49,402 bases of DNA from Chromera velia (lineage: Eukaryota). The DNA is taken from positions 1 to 49,402 of the forward strand of contig JAHBMJ010000364.1 in assembly GCA_018398765.1 (NCBI GenBank), given 5' to 3'. Positions 1-13,434 of this stretch are shown here, in pieces (position 1 is the stretch's first letter; each line of letters starts with the position of its first letter). The notes under the pieces are model-generated. The model was given only the letters and a program-made list of their open reading frames with translations, was not told the DNA's origin and did no database searches. The position numbers were made by a program, and so were the translations under genes.

Positions 1-31
<31 letters not shown>

Positions 32-75
<44 letters not shown>

Positions 76-550
76 ATGTTCCGCCCTAGGGCCTTCCCGC
101 TATGTCTATCTGTCGCCATACTAGTACTATATAGTCTAATAGTATACACAAATAAAAAAATGATCGATTGATTGATTGATTCAATTTCCTAGTCAATTTG
201 AGTGTTATATCTAGGCGCCGGCTAGAGAAAAAAAAAAAGAAAAAAAATAAGTGATTTGAGCTAACAACACTTAGCAACAGTTGTGCAACAGTTTGTGTGT
301 TGCACAACTGTTGCTAAGTGTTGTTCAGGGTTGAAAAGTAAAAAAAAAAAAAAAAGATCTCCTAGCTCAAATCACTTATTTTTTTTCTTTTTTTTTTTCT
401 CTAGCCGGCGCCTAGATATAACACTCAAATTGACTAGGAAATTGAATCAATCAATCAATCGATCATTTTTTTATTTGTGTATACTATTAGACTATATAGT
501 ACTAGTATGGCGACAGATAGACATAGCGGGAAGGCCCTAGGGCGGAACAT

Positions 551-594
<44 letters not shown>
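32..594. repeat. Long near-perfect inverted repeat (arms ~32-263 and 363-594) with a nested 28-bp hairpin (263-290 / 298-325)
   Basis: The right arm reads as the reverse complement of the left arm; the ORF track gives the same peptide on both strands. Inner stem AACAACACTTAGCAACAGTTGTGCAACA / TGTTGCACAACTGTTGCTAAGTGTTGTT has a 7-nt loop. Outer ends are (GATT)n/(AATC)n. Confidence 0.95.
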
Positions 595-596
<2 letters not shown>

Positions 597-1468
597 CTTT
601 ACTAAATTTACGTGAATTAATTGCATTTTACATACAGAGCCTGCTTTCTCGCCTGTTTTTTTTCAACCGTGCCTCGACCCTTCCCTCCATCTGCATCACA
701 GTCTGACTCTTGCAGACCGGCCTTTGATCGCATGAGGCTGGTTGTCTACTCTACTATCCAAGAGGGACCGTCAAGGTCCAGTAGAAGACCGCATCCCTGC
801 TTTCATTGAAAATCGTTCCACGCCTTGAAATTCCAGACAAGTGCATACAGACTTGCCGAGTCTGTCCAAACAATCACTTTGTCTAGGCAATCGATCGATC
901 ACTTGAGTGTCACTTCAAATTGAACCGCCTGCAGGTGCCACGGTACTCCGTCCATCTGACCCTCACCCCTCTTCGCTTCGATCGGAAATTCGACAGCGGT
1001 GCTATGGTCGTCAAAAGCAATGCAATGCAATCATGCACTTCACCAGACAATATTAACGATGTGTGGATGTAGACGGCTGGAGGTAGACGGACTTTCTTAC
1101 GCGCACACTTGTACATATGTTCTTTGCTCTGTCAGTGACCAGTTCCTTGTGTGCGTTTTTTCGGTTGAAAAAAGTGTATCGAAAGTAGACGGATGGTCTC
1201 GAGAGAAAAACGGTCGAGCAGACGCAAATCATTCAACGGAAAGAACCAGAGGGTGAAGACGTAAGCGAGTGAGCAGAGAGAAGAAAGAAGCGGATCGGGC
1301 AAAGAGATTCCTTCTCCCAATTCTTATTCTGTCAGTCGGTCAATGAATTCAAGTCCCAAACTCTGACCTTGTCATGAATTCCCTCATCAACGCATTTATT
1401 TCTTCTTGAATTCCCAACGAACTGTCTGTCTGTCATTCAAATGCGACTGCACACCCCGTTTTCTGTTC

Positions 1469-2194
1469 TCACTCCTCCCCTCCTCCCTGGAGAAGGTGTC
1501 TGTTGATTTTCAGACAAGACGCGAACCTATGGGTGGTCTCAGGGTCCTTGAACATGAACCCTACTGCGGTGCCGTTGGAGAACGAGAGAGCGCATGCGCA
1601 CTCTGCTTCCAAATCAGAGAGGCCGATTGAAGGGCTGAATGTAGTCACGATCTCTGCACCTGCTTTCACTGTCTGTGAGATGGTTGTCAGGTCGAAAGAA
1701 GTGCCGTCGACCTTCAGCTGCTTCTTGTTGCCCACCAACTGCACAAGTGAGTTCGTAACCTGACCCCCAGAAATGACAGGCAGAGTGATCCCCGCCTCCA
1801 TCTCACGAACGTAGCACTTCCATGCGGCCTTCACAACCTCCTTTGCTTTGTCCCTCTTCAAGGACTTGGTTCGGGGAGCCTGGGCCGAGAGCTTTCTGGT
1901 GAAAGACACAAGGTCCATGTCACCTTCTTCCTCCTCTTCCGGCTGCAGTCCCTCCATGGCTTTCTGTTCTACTGCGAAGTATGGAGACTCTACCGCTGCC
2001 TCCAGAGTCCTCTGGTCCGGACTCTCAACCTCCAGAGACTCGAAGTGAGGAGGGGAGGCGTCCACATTGGGTGCAAGTTCCTCGGGCTTGACTGCCTCAG
2101 GAAGGTTCGATACACCCAGACTCTTTGCAGGACGGGCAACGGATATCTCTGGCTGCTTCTTAGGCGGACCTGAACAGCAAGTGCACCCGAGCAT
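1469..2194 (-). CDS. ISP (IMC sub-compartment protein)-like protein: N-terminal Cys cluster plus C-terminal PH-like domain, 241 aa, intronless
   Basis: Starts MLGCTCCS (candidate palmitoylation Cys). The C-terminus 'VREMEAGITL...CACALSFSNGTAVGFMFKDPETTHRFASCLKI' resembles the alveolate ISP PH fold (recognised by eye). Confidence 0.7.
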   Translation of the reverse strand: MLGCTCCSGPPKKQPEISVARPAKSLGVSNLPEAVKPEELAPNVDASPPHFESLEVESPDQRTLEAAVESPYFAVEQKAMEGLQPEEEEEGDMDLVSFTRKLSAQAPRTKSLKRDKAKEVVKAAWKCYVREMEAGITLPVISGGQVTNSLVQLVGNKKQLKVDGTSFDLTTISQTVKAGAEIVTTFSPSIGLSDLEAECACALSFSNGTAVGFMFKDPETTHRFASCLKINRHLLQGGGEE

Positions 2195-2268
2195 CTTGAC
2201 TGAGTGTCACGTGACTTGCTTGTCTTTTGTGCCTTCTTTCTTTTGTTTGGATCCTTGTCCTATTTTGG

Positions 2269-6169
<3,901 letters not shown>

Positions 6170-6737
6170 CTAATCAAGCAGTCGGTCCTTGAATCGAAGT
6201 CAATTCAAAATCTAGTTTGAAACAACTTGAACCATCAGCTTTAAAGTTGAAGTTTAAAAAACCGTGCAAGGGACTGTATATAGCTACACCCTAAATTGGT
6301 CCCCAATAAACTGCGTTATGCACATGACAGTGTGTATGATTATGTAACGGTTTCTACTAACTTTGACTCGACTTTGAATATGTATACATATTTTTTAGAC
6401 GCACAGACTGCAGCACAGTCATGCACTTTAATTACATTCTCCATATGCATAAACTAATATATATCAATTAATATTAATATACCAATTGTTCCGAAAATAG
6501 ACTTTTCTATTACTGTTTTTACTAGTTTTTCTATGTAGTCGTCATACATGGAATGTCCTATGCATGCAAGAAGAATAATCTGATACCAGGATTTAAGCTA
6601 GGATTTAAGGAGTATGTAAGACTCTTAGCCTAGTCTTTGCAAGTGATGGTCTACTGATGGAACCTGATAATGAGTAGTCAAGACTCTTGACAAAGTAATT
6701 GATTATATAGGGGGGTAATATCGGGGGGGGGGGGCCC

Positions 6738-7014
6738 NNNNNNNNNNNNNNNNNNNNNNNNNNNNNNNNNNNNNNNNNNNNNNNNNNNNNNNNNNNNNNN
6801 NNNNNNNNNNNNNNNNNNNNNNNNNNNNNNNNNNNNNNNNNNNNNNNNNNNNNNNNNNNNNNNNNNNNNNNNNNNNNNNNNNNNNNNNNNNNNNNNNNNN
6901 NNNNNNNNNNNNNNNNNNNNNNNNNNNNNNNNNNNNNNNNNNNNNNNNNNNNNNNNNNNNNNNNNNNNNNNNNNNNNNNNNNNNNNNNNNNNNNNNNNNN
7001 NNNNNNNNNNNNNN
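6738..7014. other. Assembly gap (N run) flanked by G/C homopolymers
   Basis: Run of N. Confidence 1.
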
Positions 7015-8185
7015 CCCAGTCCGCGTGGCTGGCTTGCCAGCCGCACGGGACCCCCCTCCGGGCTACGCGGAGCGCGGTCCGGGCTCGTAGCACGGGGGGG
7101 GGGCCGTGCCGCATGGTAGACCATTAAATAACATACCAGATAACATAATTTGGTCTCAACGTCGTCTCTTTGCGTTGCTCCCCCCCTTTCTTCTTGCGAA
7201 CGGGTCAGCGTCTAGGCTAATATCAATATGTGGATGCTGAAAAAGATATTGAGAGAGGAATAGAGAGGAGAGTAGGGTAGTTGAGTGCTATTGAATGTCT
7301 CTTTCACCAACCAGGAGTTGAAAGCATCACGTATACCAGAGAAAATCTTGTTGCCACGCTGCACGGCCATATAGGGCCGTGCCCCGCGGCAGCCTTTTTT
7401 CATGGCATAAGAGGGGGCCGTGCTGCCGCGCGGCGAAGCCGTGCGTTACGCCCCCCCCCCCCCCNCCCTCATGCTAAAGGCATTTCACCCCCCTATTTAA
7501 TTATCAAAAACTATCAAAAGCTGTGAAAGGCCATACATAAAAGTTGAATTAAGATAGAATAGGGGTCAAAGACATCCTGACGACAAGGCTGACGTTCTCT
7601 TTCTATGCTACTCCATTTCTACTTAGATTTCTACCAATGCGTTACATAATGGAGTTCTATAATACATATGATAAAAGTGTTACTGTATAAAATGAACCTA
7701 GAAACGAACCCTAGAACGAACCCCAGTTTTGTTTAGGAGCTAGGTTTAGGAGTCGGATCGCTGCAAGAAAAAAAGCTAAGGTGGTTTTAGGTGGTTTATT
7801 TTGATGTTTCAAGGAATCAAGGTTTTAATTGTTGTATATGGTGTGTCTCTATATATGAGGAGCAGATTTTCTTTAAATTTGTATATGACTGGGGTCAAAA
7901 ATCCCAGTAGAAGTAAATATATAAGTCTTTGGACGGCGTGTGGATGCCGCTGCTGGCCGTCAATAGCCACCACTAAAAAACCAGATAAAACCAGAAATTT
8001 GAAATAGGATTAGAAGAGTCATTTCTTATCATTTCTGAGGAAGTCTTTGAGTATCTTTGACTCCGGACTCTGAGCCATATTAAGTCATGACTAAATACAT
8101 ACGCTAGGCAACCCGCCTCCACTAGGTGTCGATAGTAAACAAAATCAGTGATTCCTGAGACTACTGTTTTCTGGATTTAGTACGC

Positions 8186-8428
8186 AACCTCCTTAAACCT
8201 AAGTATCACTTTAAAAAATATAATGAAGATGATCTCTATCTGTAGCATTTTTTTTTAAGAGACCGTCCACGCCTGCGGCGTAGATGGTCAAGATACCATC
8301 CAGATATGCGGCTTTGGCTTTCAAGACACCGTAATGATCTGCGCCTGCGGTGCGGACTTTCAAGCTTATCTAAAAATGCTGCTTAAACTTTTAAGTGGTA
8401 GTTAGGTTCAGAGAGGTTTTAGGAGGTT
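8186..8428. mobile_element. MITE (~243 bp) with imperfect TIRs and an 8-bp (up to 10-bp) TSD TAGTACGC
   Basis: Left end AACCTCCTTAAACCT; right end reverse complement AACCTCCTAAAACCT. TAGTACGC lies at 8178-8185 and 8429-8436. Two internal CGCCTGCGGYG hairpins. Confidence 0.8.
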
Positions 8429-8998
8429 TAGTACGCATACTGGCTTAAGCGGACTATATTATAGTCTATATAAGACTATATATGAATACATAGGAGTGTA
8501 CTGGACCATTTGAGAAATGATATAAATTTTCTGGGCCTGGGAATCCGGGGCCCTTTTTTTGATATTATACGCATGTCTGTGGGCGAGCAGAATTTCAGTA
8601 GATCCTTTATAGTAAGTGCCGCCAGCTTCGCTTTCAGGGGCTATGTGTAGCTGGCTATAGAGCTCAGCTAAATATGGTAATAGAGCTCAGCTGACCACCC
8701 GTACGTTTGGTGTGCATGCCCCCCGCGCTTCGCTTTCCGCGGGGCCACTTAGTTGCAAGATGTTGCAAGCAGCGGCTCTGTGTCAAACCCGTTCGGTGTG
8801 TTGAAACTGAATAACAGCCATACATCCTGAAGTTGTCGCATATCAAATTCAGTTTTGCTGACTTTTTCCCGCGTCTGGCTGTCAAACTGTTGATTTCTAT
8901 ATGGCGGGCCAACCTTTATGACTCAGTGAAAGCTGCTTAAGCCCGTGTCTACATTCCTGTTTCCGACCGTCAGACTACCTCCAGCCTTGTACAAACCA

Positions 8999-9655
8999 AT
9001 GGAGGGAACTCATGGTCCGACCACCTCACTCAGTGAAGACCAGACGCAAGCGTCCGGTGCCGTCGTTGTTGTCTATAGTAATGGAGAAGTGGCGATGTCT
9101 GCAACTGAGTTCAAGCAACTCTTGGACGCGGGAAATGTTTTGGAGAGTTTGGTCTATGGGCACACTGGGATGCACAGGGAGACAAAACTTGATGTGTTCA
9201 AGCGCTTTGACGTGTTGTGCGAAGGCTTGAACGCCATTCGACTTTATGTTCGTGGAAACGGGACATTGCCTTCGGACGATACATCGTACATCGCGAACTC
9301 CGCCCTTCGTGAGTATGCAATCACTTTCGGCGGGTTTCCTCTAGTGGATGCAGCTCTAGAGAAGCGTGAAACTGAGAAGGATGAGAACAGAGAAGAACAT
9401 GAGGGCAAGCAACGTGACAGCCTGCATGCCACTTCTCCTATTTTGGATAGGCAGGGAGCAGACATGTACGAGTGGCGTCAAGTTGTGAACGCCAATGGCA
9501 ATCATGCTAAGGAATTTCAAGAAAGCTTCAACGTACAGTGGAAAGAGGGCTTCGAGTGGGTTTCTTTCCAAACGGTTGAGTAGAATTATGTCATCCATCA
9601 TTTTCGTTACCGCAAAGACTCAGTGCAGAGAGTTTCGGGCACCCCTTCTTTCTAG
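8999..9655 (+). pseudogene. Intronless BTB/POZ-like protein gene with a probable premature TAG at 9581-9583 (may instead be a functional truncated gene)
   Basis: ORF from ATG 8999 contains 'LNAIRLYVRGNGTLP...LREYAITFGGFPLVD' (BTB-like). The frame continues past the TAG as 'KEGFEWVSFQTVE*NYVIHHFRYRK' to TAG 9653-9655. It sits inside a TE island. Confidence 0.5.
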
Positions 9656-9820
9656 ACCCATACTGAGTATATGAAGAAACGAAGTACCCAGGGAAGAGCA
9701 CGCATGATTACATGTGTCACTGGTAAAACCGTGTATACCTTGAGAGGAAGATGGTGCCAGACTCAATCATAGAGGATGAAGTGGCCGATGAGTGAAACTT
9801 GAAACTGAATGGACCGGGGA

Positions 9821-10092
9821 CTAGGGGTGATCCCAATATATTTATATATTTACATTAAAGTGACGATGATTTAATTCACTTTAAATAAATAATTTAAAAC
9901 TTTAAAACACTCAAAAAAGAAAAGTTGGAACTAGAACTGAAAGAAAATATCACTGGCACTTTTCTAGTGTTCTTTGTAGGGTAGTTCTAAAGTGTTTATA
10001 TAAAGGAAAAATTTTAAAGTTAAAAGTTTACAGTTAAAGTGGGGGTATTATCACTTTATTTAAAAATTTTAAACTATTGGGATCACGCCTAG
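9821..10092. mobile_element. MITE (272 bp) with long imperfect TIRs starting CTAGG(G/C)GTGATCCCAATA and 8-bp TSD ACCGGGGA
   Basis: TSD at 9813-9820 and 10093-10100. Terminal 18 nt match at 17/18, and inverted similarity continues inward for about 80 nt. Confidence 0.9.
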
Positions 10093-10191
10093 ACCGGGGA
10101 GGATATCGATCACATGAGGTTCAGAGGAGACAAGAGGGGAGATCAGAGGAGGATCCAAGGGAGGATCGCAGAAAAAGGGAGAAACTGGCGG

Positions 10192-10795
10192 CTAGGCGAC
10201 GCACAGTGGTAACAAACAAAAAAAAAGACCTTTCCAGATTTTTTTTTTCTATGAAGGATTTCCTAGAGCACCTCTAGGAGCACCTAGAGGACCAACTAAG
10301 TCTGAGAAACGAGGGAGACAGAGGGAGTGACCCGGTTCGTCGTTTCACCATTCATGCTAATTGAAAAATGAATGAAGTCTGCATGTATGGCACTGCACAC
10401 AGCGACCATCGCAAAAGGGGATTACAGGGATGAAGACAAGCAGGCGGGTGAAAGGAAAAGGGGGCTCTCTTTTATCCTATACAAAGAGTGATAAGAAGGA
10501 TGGATGCATGGATGCAGACAGAAGAGCAGACAGAGGAGAAGTTCTTTGACTGGCTCTTTGACGATATCTAGGACAATATACATTTTGAAGCTCTAGTCGA
10601 AGCTAGTTTTGGTCAATCCTTTTAAGCGTCTACCAAGCTAAAAGTGAAACTGAGATCCTAGATATGATTCAAACTCTAGTTGAAGCTAGTCATTTAACCT
10701 TTATTTTTTTTTACATATACAATAAATTAAAAAGAAAAAAAAAAAGAATAGACGTTTTCAGTTTTTTTTTTTTTTTACCACTGTGCGTTGACTAG
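10192..10795. mobile_element. MITE (604 bp) with TIR CTAG(G/T)C(G/A)ACGCACAGTGGTAA and 8-bp TSD ACTGGCGG
   Basis: TSD at 10184-10191 and 10796-10803. The 21-nt TIRs have 2 mismatches and are followed by A/T runs. No ORF. Confidence 0.9.
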
Positions 10796-11564
10796 ACTGG
10801 CGGATCGATCCCTATCTCTAGCCCCATCTAGAAAGCCAAGCAGACAGCTCAGACCAATCATAGCCTACAATCATAGCATTGCATGCCGAAACTAAGGCTG
10901 CATACTGAAAAAAACTAGATCGATCATAGTACTGTATCATCGGCATCATATTAAAGTACTAGTTAAAGTAGACATATAAGTTTTGTATATATTCATCTTT
11001 TAATCTATATCTATAGCACCACTACTGCACCACTCGCAAAAAAGTACAAAAAAGTATGATAAGAACTATATATAAAGAACGAGTCTATACTAGATAAAGA
11101 ACTAAACCCTAGACTAAACATTATTAAAATATATTAGTAAATATATATGTACTATCAATTAAATTACTAAACTATAGGTGAACGTACCAATGAGCTAGCT
11201 AAATTTTAAATGCGCCTCTTATTTTAGAAGTGACTCATCAACTATAGCCATGCAATTTAATTGATCAGTAAATCGACCAAACCTATTTCTAGTTATTGAC
11301 AGTAACAATGTAGTATACTTACTTACTTAATTGTGGTTAAGTCTTGGGTCTCCGAAACCAGAGACAAATGGCAACCCATGCATGCAGTTGTAAACAAAAG
11401 GAGCAAGCCGCCGTAGCTTAGCCTGCTTCCATATGAATATGAACAACCATGACCCTCCACAGCCTAGGCTGAAGCTAAAAGCTGAACAACTACACAAGAC
11501 GCGCGTACACTTATTTCAGACAAGCTTTGATCAGTGCACTTGCCTTCTCCGGCTCCCGGTGCAC

Positions 11565-12870
11565 AATGAATGAAACGAGCTCTCTTATATATATCTCTTC
11601 TTCCCCAATACCTCTTCCCCGAGCTGTAGCAGTCCATCTTGCTCTGCAAACCCTTTCACCGATTCCTGTTCTCTCTTTTACTCTTTCTACCAGCAAGTGA
11701 AGTTTGGATCTAAGCTGCTCTGTTTGCACATATGCAGACAATCGATGCACCGCATTGTCGATCACCTTTTTGCCTTCGACTGCAGGACAGTGAACACAGT
11801 GTTCTTCACAGGATCCACCGTATCTCCTTCCCTCACCAGCATATACCCAAAAGAGAGAGATGAAAAGAGAACCACTAGTCTGAGATAAGAGAGAGCAAAG
11901 TAGAGTATGCGTTTGAACTGTGTAACCCCACCCCCTTCTAACCCTCCCCCCTAAAAGCAACATGGCCAGACACTGGTGCGATCGGTTTTCTATCTGAAAA
12001 TTACTCAGTCGGGAGTTGCGTAGATAGATACCATATGAATGGGTGAGCCTATGCTCGCCGACGGGTCTTGAAGACAACCATTCTGACAACCATTCTGAGG
12101 CTTCCCTTTCCCATGCTTTCTACCTGAGTATCCATTTATTTGTCGCGTTTCTCCCTCTCTGGCTTTCTTTTCTCAAAAGATCTGGTGCGATTGTCTGAAG
12201 CATGCTACTGGCTGAATTAGCCTATACCGGGGTCAACGATCTATACCATACATCCCAGACTGCACAAGGAACCTCCCTTTCTGTTCTCTTTATGCTTTCT
12301 AAGAAAGGATCTCTCTTATGGGACGTACACCAACCGAAACCAAAGTTAGCACCTTGAAAGAGTTATAAGGCAAACGGAATGTTCAGCGCACAAATCAAAG
12401 CTGCAATGCATTAAATGCAACGATATCTTTCTGACTTACCGGCAAGGCTTCCAGCGAGTACGTTACCACCGGCTCCCAGAGCGCTTGCAGTAAACGAACT
12501 TTGCATCGAGGGGGTAAAGGACCTAACGATGAACAAGTGTGCATCACTACCCTCAAACAGCGTTCAGCACTTTCAAGTCGGTCCCTGACTGACTTTCTTG
12601 GGTCCCCTCCCTCAAACACACGACACCCAAGGTATGTATAGCTCTCTACACGTTCAACTGTCTTCCCTTCAAAAGTCACTTCTCCTTCTATTTCCCTTCC
12701 TGAGCCTGAGAGTACAACAACTTTGGTTTTCTTTAAATTCACTTTCAACCCATGTTCCTAACAATAAGAGGCCAAATGGTCCAAACGCCACTGCAAGTCA
12801 GAAGAAGAGTGAGCAAAAAAAACTTGAACAAGATTGTCTGCGTAACCTATGCTCTCAAGCAGTAAGTCTA
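11565..12870 (-). mobile_element. Decayed, 5'-truncated non-LTR retrotransposon (LINE): RT catalytic/thumb region plus C-terminal Cys/His knuckle remnant
   Basis: Minus strand reads 'ESIGYADNLV..FAHSSSDLQWRLDHLASYC*EHGLKVNLKKTKVVV...VERVESYTYLG' (mutated YADD at 12833-12844), then 'RLSNFQIE...CEEHCVHCP'. Multiple stops and frameshifts; short (CATT)n tail near 11566-11575. Confidence 0.9.
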
Positions 12871-13434
12871 CCAATCTACAAGTATATACTAATATATTTA
12901 TATATACAACAGGCGGTTACAGGCCTAGCAACATGTACGCTCATCGATCAACAATAATTTATACTCATGTCGTACCGTAATTTATGATGCATCTATCGAT
13001 GTATGTAGAGAATTCAAGTTTGAATTTATGTATATATTTTTTTATACTGTATAATATATATAGCCTTAATAATTTATTAAAAATCTCTTTACACCTACAT
13101 ACACATACAATCAATTTATAGCTGGCCGATTATTTGATTTGAAAATATCTACAGACTGGACACAGTGATGCCGCAAGCAACTGGACCCGCAACTTTGCGG
13201 TGCTTGAAACTTCAAGCCACACTTCATGTTAATTTCGTTTCTTACGAGCAAACTTAGCAGCAATGGCGCAGAAAAGTGCTTTGAGCCTTTGTCACTGCAG
13301 CGAGAGGCTTCAAGCCTTGCCTGTTATCGAAGTACAAATGAGATAATTGATTGTTGGTCCCCTTTTCCATCTACGAACGACCTCCCTCACCCGTATGTTG
13401 AACCATCTTATCTCGCGCTCAATTAATAAATCAA

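Noticed and set aside
1..75. (GATT)n at the window start as a telomere
   Set aside because: Not a TTTAGGG-like repeat, and the same tract occurs internally as the tail of a dispersed element (551-594, 36226-36256).
86..540. Twin ORFs 86-307 (-) and 283-540 (+) with identical C-termini
   Set aside because: A by-product of the inverted repeat; poly-Phe low-complexity sequence with no coding signal.
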